A DNA stretch of 64,000 nucleotides from the human T2T-CHM13v2.0 reference genome, Homo sapiens. Made by a program: the position numbers and the translations under genes. Below the pieces are notes generated by a model. The model searched no databases and was not told the DNA's origin. It was given only the letters and a program-made list of their open reading frames with translations. The DNA lies in NCBI RefSeq assembly GCF_009914755.1, contig NC_060925.1; one strand, written 5' to 3'. Shown here piece by piece: positions 13,701-27,122 of this stretch (position 1 is the first letter of the stretch; every line of letters starts with the position of its first letter).

Positions 13701-16700
13701 TCATCGCATAGGATCGAATGCAATTATCATCGAATGGAATCGAATGGTATCAACACCAAACGGAAAAAAACGGAATTATCGAATGGAATCGAAGAGAATC
13801 TTCGAACGGACCCGAATGGAATCATCTAATAGAATGGAATGGAATAATCCATGGACTCGAATGCAATCATCATCGAATGGAATCAAATGGAATCATCGAA
13901 TGGACTCGAATGGAATAATCATTGAACGGAATCGAATGGAATCATCATCGGATGGAAACGAATGGAATCATCATCGAATGGAAATGAAAGGAGTCATCAT
14001 CTAATGGAATTGCATGGAATCATCATAAAATGGAATCGAATGGAATCAACATCAAATGGAATCAAATGGAATCATTGAACGGAATTGAATGAAATCATCA
14101 TCGAATGAATTGAATGCAATCATCGAATGGTCTCGAATGGAATCATCTTCAAATGGAATGGAATGGAATCATCGCATAGAATCGAATGGAATTATCATCG
14201 AATGGAATCGAATGGTATCAACATCAAACGGAAAAAAACGGAATTATCGAATGGAATCGAAGAGAATCATCGAACGGACCCGAATGGAATCATCTAATGG
14301 AATGGAATGGAATAATCCATGGACTCGAATGCAATCATCATCGAATGGAATCGAATGGAATCATCGAATGGACTCAAATGGAATAATCATTGAACGGAAT
14401 CGAATGGAATCATCATCGGATGGAAATGAATGGAATCATCATTGAATGGAATCGAATAGAATTATGGAATGAAATCCAGTGTGATCATCATCGAATGGAC
14501 CCGAATTGAATCATCATCCAACGGAAGCTAATGGAATCAACATCGAATGAATCGAATGGAAACACCATCGAATTGAAACGAATGGAATTATCATGAAATT
14601 GAAATGGATGGACTCATCATCGAATGGATTCGAATGGAATCATCGAATAAAATTGATTGAAATCATCATCAAATGGAATCGAATGGTATCATTGAATGGA
14701 ATCGAATGGAATCATCATCAGATGGAAATGAATGGAATCGACATAGAATGGAATCGAATGTATTCATTGAATGGAATCAGATGGAATCATCGAATGGACT
14801 GGAATGGAATCATTGAATGTACTCGAAAGGGATCATGATTGAATGGAATTGAATGGAATCATCGAATGGTCTCGATTGGAATCATTATCAAATGGAATCG
14901 AATGGAATCACCGAATAGAATCGAATGGAACAGTCATCGCATGGACTCAAATGGAATTATCCTCAAATGGAATCGAATGGAATTATCGAATGCAATCGAA
15001 TGGAATTATCGAATGCAATCGAATAGAATCATCGAATGGACTGGAATGGAATCATCGAATGGAATGGAATGGAACAGTCAATGAACTCGAATGGAATCAT
15101 CATTGAATGGAATCGAATGGAATCATCGAGTGGAATCGAATGGAATTATGATCAAATGGAATCGAATGTAATCATCATCAAATGGAATCAAAGATAACCA
15201 TCATCAATTGGTATTGAATGGAATTGTCATCAAATGGAATTCAAAGGAATCATCACCAAATGGAACCGAAAGGAATCCTCATTGAATGGAAATGAAAGGG
15301 GTCATCATCTAATGGAATCGCATGGAATCATCATCAAATGGAATCGAATGGAATCATCATCAGATGGAATCTAATGGAATCATTGAACAGAATTGAATGG
15401 AATCGTCATCGAATGAATTGAATGCAATCATCGAATGGTCTCGAATGCAATCATCTTCTAATGGAAAGGAATGGAATCATCGCATAGAATCGAATGGAAT
15501 TAACATTGAATGGACTCGAATGGAATCAACATCAAACGGAATCAAGCGGAATTATCGAATGGAATCGAAGAGAATCATCGAATGGACTCGAATGGAATCA
15601 TCTAATGGAATGGAATGGAATAATCCACGGACTCGAATGCAACCGCCATCGTATAGAATCGAATGGAAACATCGAATGGAATCATCGAATGGACTCGAAT
15701 GGAATAATCATTGAACGGAATCGAATGGAATCATCATCGGATGGAAACGAATGGAATCATCATCGAATGGAAATGAAAGGAGTCATCTAATGGAATTGCA
15801 TGGAATCATCATCAAATGGAATCGAATGGAATCAACATCAAATGGAATCAAATGGAATCATTGAACGGAATTGAATGTAATCGTCGTCGAATGAATTGAA
15901 TGCAATCATCGAATGGTCTCGAATGGAATCATCTTCAAATGGAATGGAATGGAATCATCGCATAGAATCGAATGGAATTAACATTGAATGGACTCGAATG
16001 TAATCAACATCAAACGGAATCAAGCGGAATTATCGAATGTAATCGAAGAGAACCATCGAATGGACTCGAATGGAATCATCTAATGGAATGGAATGGAATA
16101 ATCCACGGACTCGAATGCAATCATCATCGTATAGAATCGAATGGAATCATTGAATGGACTCGAATGGAATAATCATTGAACGGAATCGAATGGAATCATC
16201 ATCGGATGGAAACGAATGGAATTATCATCGAATGGAAATGAAAGGAGTCATCATCTAATGGAATCGCATGGAATCATCATAAAATGGAATCGAATGGAAT
16301 CAACATCAAATGGAATCAAATGGAATCATTGAACGGAATTGAATGGAATCGTCATCGAATGAATTGAATGCAATCATCGAATGGTCTCGAATGGAATCAT
16401 CTTCAAATGGAATGGAATGGAATCATCGCATAGAATCGAATGGAATTATCATCGAATGGAATCGAAAGGTATCAACATCAAACGGAAAAAAACGGAATTA
16501 TCGAATGGAATCGAAGAGAATCATCGAACGGACCCGAATGGAATCATCTAATGGAAAGGAATGGAATAATCCATGGACTCGAATCCAATCATCATCGAAT
16601 GGAATCGAATGGAATCATTGAAAGGACTCTAATGGAATAATCATTGAACAGAATCGAATGGAATCATCATCGAATGGAAACTAATGGAATCATCATCGAA

Positions 16701-19700
16701 TGGAAATGAAAGGAGTCATCATCTAATGGAATTGCATGGAATCATCATAAAATGGAATCGAATGGAATCAACATCAAATGGAATGAAATGGAATCATTGA
16801 ACGGAATTGAATGGAATCTTCATCGAATGAATTGAATGCAATCATCGAATGGTCTCGAATGGAATCATCTTCAAATGGAATGGAATGGAATCATCGCATA
16901 GAATCGAATGGAATTATCATCGAATGGAATCGAATGGTATCAACATCAAACGGAAAAAAACGGAATTATCGAATGGAATCGAAGAGAATCATCGAACGGA
17001 CCCGAATGGAATCATCTAATGGAATGGAATGGAATAATCCATGGACTCGAATGCAATCATCATCGAATGGAATCGAGTGGAATCATCGAATGGACTCCAA
17101 TGGAATAATCATTGAACGGAATCGAATGGAATCATCATCGGATGGAAATGAATGGAATCATCATCGAATGGAATCGAATAGAATTATGGAATGAAATCCA
17201 GTGTGATCATCATCGAATGGACCCGAAAGGAATCATCATCCAACGGAATCTAATGGGATCAACATCGAATGAATCGAATGGAAACACCATCGAATTGAAA
17301 CGAATGGAATTATCATGAAATTGAAATGGATGGACTCATCATCGAATGGATTCGAATGGAATCATCGAATAAAATTGATTGAAATCATCATCAAATGGAA
17401 TCGAATGGTATCATTGAATGGAATCGAATGGAATCATCATCAGATGGAAATGAATGGAATCGTCATAGAATGGAATCGAATGGATTCATTGAATGGAATC
17501 AGATGGAATCATCGAATGGACTGGAATGGAATCATTGAATGGACTCGAAAGGGATCATGATTGAATGGAATTGAATGGAATCATCGAATGGTCTCGATTG
17601 GAATCATTATCAAATGGAATCGAATGGAATCACCGAATAGAATCGAATGGAACAATCATCGAATGGAGTCAAATGGAATTATCCTCAAATGGAATCGAAT
17701 GGAATTATCGAATGCAATCGAATGGAATTATCGAATGCAATCGAATAGAATCATCGAATGGGCTCGAATGGAATCATCGAATGGAATGGAATGGAACAGT
17801 CAATGAACTCGAATGGAATCATCATTGAATGGAATCGAATGCAATCATCGAGTGGAATCGAATGGAATTATGATCAAATGCAATCGAATGTAATCATCAT
17901 CAAATGGAATCAAAAATAACCATCATCAATTGGTATTGAATGGAATTGTCATCAAATGGAATTCAAAGGAATCATCATCAAATGGAACCGAATGGAATCC
18001 TCATTGAATGGAAATGAAAGGGGTCATCATCTAATGGAATCGCATGGAATCATCATCAAATGGAATCGAATGGAATCATCATCAACTGGAATCTAATGGA
18101 ATCATTGAACAGAATTGAATGGAATCGTCATCGAATGAATTGAATGCAATCATCGAATGGTCTCGAATGGAATCATCTTCTAATGGAAAGGAATGGAATC
18201 ATCGCATAGGATCGAATGCAATTATCATCGAATGGAATCGAATGGTATCAACACCAAACGGAAAAAAACGGAATTATCGAATGGAATCGAAGAGAATCTT
18301 CGAACGGACCCGAATGGAATCATCTAATGGAATGGAATGGAATAATCCATGGACTCGAATTCAATCATCATCGAATGGAATCAAATGGAATCATCGAATG
18401 GACTCGAAAGGAATAATAATTGAACGGAATCGAATGGAATCATCATCGGATGGAAACGAATGGAATCATCATCGAATGGAAATGAAAGGAGTCATCATCT
18501 AATGGAATTGCATGGAATCATCATAAAATGGAATCGAATGGAATCAACATCAAATGGAATCAAATGGAATCATTGAACGGAATTGAATGAAATCATCATC
18601 GAATGAATTGAATGCAATCATCGAATGGTCTCGAATGGAATCATCTTCAAATGGAATGGAATGGAATCATCGCATAGAATCGAATGGAATTATCATCGAA
18701 TGGAATCGAATGGTATCAACATCAAACGGAAAAAAACGGTATTATCGAATGGAATCGAAGAAAATCATCGAACGGACCCGAATGGAATCATCTAATGGAA
18801 TGGAATGGAATAATCCATGGACTCGAATGCAATCATCATCGAATGGAATCGAATGGAATCATCGAATGGACTCAAATGGAATAATCATTGAACGGAATCG
18901 AATGGAATCATCATCAGATGGAAATGAATGGAATCATCATTGAATGGAATCGAATAGAATTATGGAATGAAATCCAGTGTGATCATCATCGAATGGACCC
19001 GAATTGAATCATCATCCAACGGAAGCTAATGGAATCAACATCGAATGAATCGAATGGAAACACCATCGAATTGAAACGAATGGAATTATCATGAAATTGA
19101 AATGGATGGACTCATCATCGAATGGATTCGAATGGAATCATCGAATAAAATTGATTGAAATCATCATCAAATGGAATCGAATGGTAGCATTGAATGGAAT
19201 CGAATGGAATCATCATCAGATGGAAATGAATGGAATCGACATAGAATGGAATCGAATGTATTCATTGAATGGAATCAGATGGAATCATCGAATGGACTGG
19301 AATGGAATCATTGAATGTACTCGAAAGGGATCATTATTGAATGGAATTGAATGGAATCATCGAATGGTCTCGATTGGAATCATTATCAAATGGAATCGAA
19401 TGGAATCACCGAATAGAATCGAATGGAACAGTCATCGCATGGACTCAAATGGAATTATCCTCAAATGGAATCGAATGGAATTATCGAATGCAATCGAATG
19501 GAATTATCGAATGCAATCGAATAGAATCATCGAATGGACTCGAATGGAATCATCGAATGGAATGGAATGGAACAGTCAATGAACTCGAATGGAATCATCA
19601 TTGAATGGAATCGAATGGAATCATCGAGTGGAATCGAATGGAATTATGATCAAATGGAATCGAATGTAATCATCATCAAATGGAATCAAAAATAACCATC

Positions 19701-22700
19701 ATCAATTGGTATTGAATGGAATTGTCATCAAATGGAATTCAAAGGAATCATCATCAAATGGAACCGAATGCAATCCTCATTGAATGGAAATGAAAGGGGT
19801 CATCATCTAATGGAATCCCATGGAATCATCATCAAATGGAATCGAATGGAATCATCATCAAATGGAATCTAATGGAATCCTTGAACAGAATTGAATGGAA
19901 TCGTCATCAAATGAATTGAATGCAATCATCGAATGGTCTCGAATGCAATCATCTTCTAATGGAAAGGAATGGAATCATCGCATAGAATCGAATGGAATTA
20001 ACATTGAATGGACTCGAATGGAATCAACATCAAACGGAATCAAGCGGAATTATCGAATGTATTCGAAGAGAACCATCGAATGGACTCGAATGGAATCATC
20101 TAATGGAATGGAATGGAATAATCACCGGACTCGAATGCAATCATCATCGTATAGAATCGAATGGAATCATTGAATGGACTCGAATGGAATAATCATTGAA
20201 CGGAATCGAATGGAATCATCATCGGATGGAAACGAATGGAATTATCATCGAATGGAAATGAAAGGAGTCATCATCTAAGGGAATCGCATGGAATCATCAT
20301 AAAATGGAATAGAATGGAATCAACATCAAATGGAATCAAATGGAATCATTGAACGGAATTGAATGGAATCGTCATCGAATGAATTGAATGCAATCATCGA
20401 ATGGTCTCGAATGGAATCATCTTCAAATGGAATGGAATGGAATCATCGCATAGAATCGAATGGAATTATCATCGAATGGAATCGAAAGGTATCAACATCA
20501 AACGGAAAAAAACGGAATTATCGAATGGAATCGAAGAGAATCATCGAACGGACCCGAATGGAATCATCTAATGGAAAGGAATGGAATAATCCATGGACTC
20601 GAATCCAATCATCATCGAATGGAATCGAATGGAATCATTGAAAGGACTCTAATGGAATAATCATTGAACGGAATCGAATGGAATCATCATCGAATGGAAA
20701 CTAATGGAATCAACATCGAATGGAAATGAAAGGAGTCATCATCTAATGGAATTGCATGGAATCATCATAAAATGGAATCGAATGGAATCAACATCAAATG
20801 GAATGAAATGGAATCATTGAACGGAATTGAATGGAATCTTCATCGAATGAATTGAATGCAATCATCGAATGGTCTCGAATGGAATCATCTTCAAATGGAA
20901 TGGAATGGAATCATCGCATAGAATCGAATGGAATTATCATCAAATGGTATCAACATCAAACGGAAAAAAACGGAATTATCGAATGGAATCGAAGAGAATC
21001 ATCGAACGGACCTGAATGGAATCATCTAATGGAATGGAATGGAATAATCCATGGACTCGAATGCAATCATCATCGAATGGAATCGAGTGGAATCATCGAA
21101 TGGACTCGAATGGAATAATCATTGAACGGAATCGAATGGAATCATCATCGGATGGAAATGAATGGAATCATCATCGGATGGAAATGAATGGAATCATCAT
21201 CGAATGGAATCGAATAGAATTATGGAATGAAATCCAGTGTGATCATCATCGAATGGACCCGAATGGAATCATCATCCAACGGAAGCTAATGGAATCAACA
21301 TCGAATAAATCGAATGGAAACACCATCGAATTGAAACGAATGGAATTATCATGAAATTGAAATGGATGGACTCATCATCGAATGGATTCGAATGGAATCA
21401 TCGTATAAAATTGATTGAAATCATCATCCAATGGAATCGAATGGTATCATTGAATGGAATCGAATGGAATCATCATCAGATGGAAATGAATGGAATCGTC
21501 ATAGAATGGAATCGAATGGATTCATTGAATGGAATCAGATGGAATCATCGAATGGACTGGAATGGAATCATTGAATGGACTCGAAAGGGATCATTATTGA
21601 ATGGAATTGAATGGAATCATCGAATGGTCTCGATTGGAATCATTATCAAATGGAATCGAATGGAATCACCGAATAGAATCGAATGGAATAATCATCGAAT
21701 GGAGTCAAATGGAATTATCCTCAAATGGAATCGAATGGAATTATCGAATGCAATCGAATGGAATTATCGAATGCAATCGAATAGAATCATCGAATGGGCT
21801 CGAATGGAATCATCGAATGGAATGGAATGGAACAGTCAATGAACTCGAATGGAATCATCATTGAATGGAATCGAATGCAATCATCGAGTGGAATCGAATG
21901 GAATTATGATCAAATGCAATCGAATGTAATCATCATCAAATGGAATCAAAAATAACCATCATCAATTGGTATTGAATGGAATTGTCATCAAATGGAATTC
22001 AAAGGAATCATCATCAAATGGAACCGAATGGAATCCTCATTGAATGGAAATGAAAGGGGTCATCATCTAATGGAATCGCATGGAATCATCATCAAATGGA
22101 ATCGAATGGAATCATCATCAACTGGAATCTAATGGAATCATTGAACAGAATTGAATGGAATCGTCATCGAATGAATTGAATGCAATCATCGAATGGTCTC
22201 GAATGGAATCATCTTCTAATGGAAAGGAATGGAATCATCGCATAGGATCGAATGCAATTATCATCGAATGGAATCGAATGGTATCAACACCAAACGGAAA
22301 AAAACGGAATTATCGAATGGAATCGAAGAGAATCTTCGAACGGACCCGAATGGAATCATCTAATAGAATGGAATGGAATAATCCATGGACTCGAATGCAA
22401 TCATCATCGAATGGAATCAAATGGAATCATCGAATGGACTCGAATGGAATAATCATTGAACGGAATCGAATGGAATCATCATCGGATGGAAACGAATGGA
22501 ATCATCATCGAATGGAAATGAAAGGAGTCATCATCTAATGGAATTGCATGGAATCATCATAAAATGGAATCGAATGGAATCAACATCAAATGGAATCAAA
22601 TGGAATCATTGAACGGAATTGAATGAAATCATCATCGAATGAATTGAATGCAATCATCGAATGGTCTCGAATGGAATCATCTTCAAATGGAATGGAATGG

Positions 22701-25700
22701 AATCATCGCATAGAATCGAATGGAATTATCATCGAATGGAATCGAATGGTATCAACATCAAACGGAAAAAAACGGAATTATCGAATGGAATCGAAGAGAA
22801 TCATCGAACGGACCCGAATGGAATCATCTAATGGAATGGAATGGAATAATCCATGGACTCGAATGCAATCATCATCGAATGGAATCGAATGGAATCATCG
22901 AATGGACTCAAATGGAATAATCATTGAACGGAATCGAATGGAATCATCATCGGATGGAAATGAATGGAATCATCATTGAATGGAATCGAATAGAATTATG
23001 GAATGAAATCCAGTGTGATCATCATCGAATGGACCCGAATTGAATCATCATCCAACGGAAGCTAATGGAATCAACATCGAATGAATCGAATGGAAACACC
23101 ATCGAATTGAAACGAATGGAATTATCATGAAATTGAAATGGATGGACTCATCATCGAATGGATTCGAATGGAATCATCGAATAAAATTGATTGAAATCAT
23201 CATCAAATGGAATCGAATGGTATCATTGAATGGAATCGAATGGAATCATCATCAGATGGAAATGAATGGAATCGACATAGAATGGAATCGAATGTATTCA
23301 TTGAATGGAATCAGATGGAATCATCGAATGGACTGGAATGGAATCATTGAATGTACTCGAAAGGGATCATGATTGAATGGAATTGAATGGAATCATCGAA
23401 TGGTCTCGATTGGAATCATTATCAAATGGAATCGAATGGAATCACCGAATAGAATCGAATGGAACAGTCATCGCATGGACTCAAATGGAATTATCCTCAA
23501 ATGGAATCGAATGGAATTATCGAATGCAATCGAATGGAATTATCGAATGCAATCGAATAGAATCATCGAATGGACTGGAATGGAATCATCGAATGGAATG
23601 GAATGGAACAGTCAATGAACTCGAATGGAATCATCATTGAATGGAATCGAATGGAATCATCGAGTGGAATCGAATGGAATTATGATGAAATGGAATCGAA
23701 TGTAATCATCATCAAATGGAATCAAAGATAACCATCATCAATTGGTATTGAATGGAATTGTCATCAAATGGAATTCAAAGGAATCATCACCAAATGGAAC
23801 CGAAAGGAATCCTCATTGAATGGAAATGAAAGGGGTCATCATCTAATGGAATCGCATGGAATCATCATCAAATGGAATCGAATGGAATCATCATCAGATG
23901 GAATCTAATGGAATCATTGAACAGAATTGAATGGAATCGTCATCGAATGAATTGAATGCAATCATCGAATGGTCTCGAATGCAATCATCTTCTAATGGAA
24001 AGGAATGGAATCATCGCATAGAATCGAATGGAATTAACATTGAATGGACTCGAATGGAATCAACATCAAACGGAATCAAGCGGAATTATCGAATGGAATC
24101 GAAGAGAATCATCGAATGGACTCGAATGGAATCATCTAATGGAATGGAATGGAATAATCCACGGACTCGAATGCAACCGCCATCGTATAGAATCGAATGG
24201 AAACATCGAATGGAATCATCGAATGGACTCGAATGGAATAATCATTGAACGGAATCGAATGGAATCATCATCGGATGGAAACGAATGGAATCATCATCGA
24301 ATGGAAATGAAAGGAGTCATCTAATGGAATTGCATGGAATCATCATCAAATGGAATCGAATGGAATCAACATCAAATGGAATCAAATGGAATCATTGAAC
24401 GGAATTGAATGTAATCGTCGTCGAATGAATTGAATGCAATCATCGAATGGTCTCGAATGGAATCATCTTCAAATGGAATGGAATGGAATCATCGCATAGA
24501 ATCGAATGGAATTATCATCGAATGGAATCGAAAGGTATCAACATCAAACGGAAAAAAACGGAATTATCGAATGGAATCGAAGAGAATCATCGAACGGACT
24601 CGAATGGAATCATCTAATGGAAAGGAATGGAATAATCCATGGACTCGAATCCAATCATCATCGAATGGAATCGAATGGAATCATTGAAAGGACTCTAATG
24701 GAATAATCATTGAAGGGAATCGAATGGAATCATCATCGAATGGAAACTAATGGAATCATCATCGAATGGAAATGAAAGGAGTCAACATCTAATGGAATTG
24801 CATGGAATCATCATAAAATGGAATCGAATGGAATCAACATCAAATGGAATGAAATGGAATCATTGAACGGAATTGAATGGAATCTTCATCGAATGAATTG
24901 AATGCAATGATCGAATGGTCTCGAATGGAATCATCTTCAAATGGAATGGAATGGAATCATCGCATAGAATCGAATGGAATTATCATCAAATGGTATCAAC
25001 ATCAAACGGAAAAAAACGGAATTATCGAATGGAATCGAAGAGAATCATCGAACGGACCCGAATGGAATCATCTAATGGAATGGAATGGAATAATCCATGG
25101 ACTCGAATGCAATCATCATCGAATGGAATCGAGTGGAATCATCGAATGGACTCGAATGGAATAATCATTGAACGGAATCGAATGGAATCATCATCGGATG
25201 GAAATGAATGGAATCATCATCGAATGGAATCGAATAGAATTATGGAATGAAATCCAGTGTGATCATCATCGAATGGACCCGAATGGAATCATCATCCAAC
25301 GGAAGCTAATGGAATCAACATCGAATGAATCGAATGGAAACACCATCGAATTGAAACGAATGGAATTATCATGAAATTGAAATGGATGGACTCATCATCG
25401 AATGGATTCGAATGGAATCATCGAATAAAATTGATTGAAATCATCATCAAATGGAATCGAATGGTATCATTGAATGGAATCGAATGGAATCATCATCAGA
25501 TGGAAATGAATGGAATCGTCATAGAATGGAATCGAATGGATTCATTGAATGGAATCAGATGGAATCATCGAATGGACTGGAATGGAATCATTGAATGGAC
25601 TCGAAAGAGATCATTATTGAATGGAATTCAATGGAATCATCGAATGGTCTCGATTGGAATCATTACCAAATGGAATCGAATGGAATCACCGAAAAGAATC

Positions 25701-27122
25701 GAATGGAACAATCATCGAATGGAGTCAAATGGAATTAACCTAAAATGGAATCGAATGGAATTATCGAATGCACTCGAATGGAATTATCAAATGCATTCGA
25801 ATAGAATCATCGAATGGACTCGAATGGAATCATCGAATGGAATGGAATGGAACAGTCAATGAACTCGAATGGTATCATCATTGAATGGAATCGAATGGAA
25901 TTATGATCAAATGGAATCGAATGTAATCATCAACAAATGGAATCAAAAATAACCATCATCAATTGGTATTGAATGGAATTGTCATCAAATGGAATTCAAA
26001 GGAATCATCATCAAATGGAACCGAATGCAATCCTCATTGAATGGAAATGAAAGGGGTCATCATCTAATGGAATCGCATGGAATCATCATCCAATGGAATC
26101 GAATGGAATCATCATCAAATGGAATCTAATGGAATCATTGAACAGAATTGAATGGAATCGTCATCGAATGAATTGAATGCAATCATCGTATGGTCTCGAA
26201 TGGAATCATCTTCTAATGGAAAGGAATGGAATCATCGCATAGAATCGAATGGAATTAACATTGAATGGACTCGAATGGAATCAACATCAAACGGAATCAA
26301 GCGGAATTATCGAATGTAATCGAAGAGAATCATCGAATGTACTCGAATGGAATCTTCTAATGGAATGGATTGGAATAATCCACGGACTCGAATGCAATCA
26401 TCAACGTATAGAATTGAATGGAATCATTGAATGGACTCGAATGGAATAATCATTGAACTGAATCGAATGGAATCATCATCGAATGGAAACGAATGGAATC
26501 ATCATCGAATGGAAATGAAAGGAGTCATCATCTAATGCAATTGCATGGAATCATCATAAAATGGAATTGAATGGAATCAACATCAAATGGAATCAAATGG
26601 AATCATTGAACGGAATTGAATGGTATCGTCATCGAATGAATTGAATGCAATCATCGAATGGTCTCGAATGGAATCATCTTCAAATGGAATGGAATGGAAT
26701 CATCGCATAGAATCGAATGGAATTATCATCGAATGGAATTGAATGGAAACAACATCAAACGGAAAAAAACGGATTATCGAATGGAATCGAAGAGAATCAT
26801 CGAATGGACCCGAATGGAATCATCTAATGGAATGGAATGGAATAATCCATGGACTCGAATGCAATCATCATCGAATGGAATCGAATGGAATCATCGAATG
26901 GACTCGAATGGAATAATCATTGAACGGAAACGAATGGAATCATCATCGGATGGAAATGAATGGAATCATCATCGAATGGAATCGAATAGAATTATGGAAT
27001 GAAATCCAGTGTGATCATCATCGAATGGACCCGAATGGAATCATCATCCAACGGAAGCTAATGGAATCAACATCGAATGAATCGAATGGAAACACCATCG
27101 AATTGAAACGAATGGAATTATC
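4784..27122 (+). repeat. Domain of alternating short (1752-1776 bp) and long (2244/2260/2722 bp) monomers; ~4-kb dimer-like higher-order organisation
   Basis: Anchor intervals from 4784: 1776, 2244, 1753, 2260, 1776, 2722, 1776, 2260, 1776, 2244, 1752. Confidence 0.9.
9700..15960 (+). repeat. ~6.3-kb block near-identical to ~18,235-24,495 (offset 8,534 bp)
   Basis: Constant offset for 10053/18587, 11361/19895, 12817/21351, 14593/23127, 15397/23931. Shared rare variants: GAATTCAATC (9823/18357), GGTAGCATTG, GAATCCCATGG, AATCACCGG, a 26-bp duplication, CAACCGCCATC. Confidence 0.92.
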
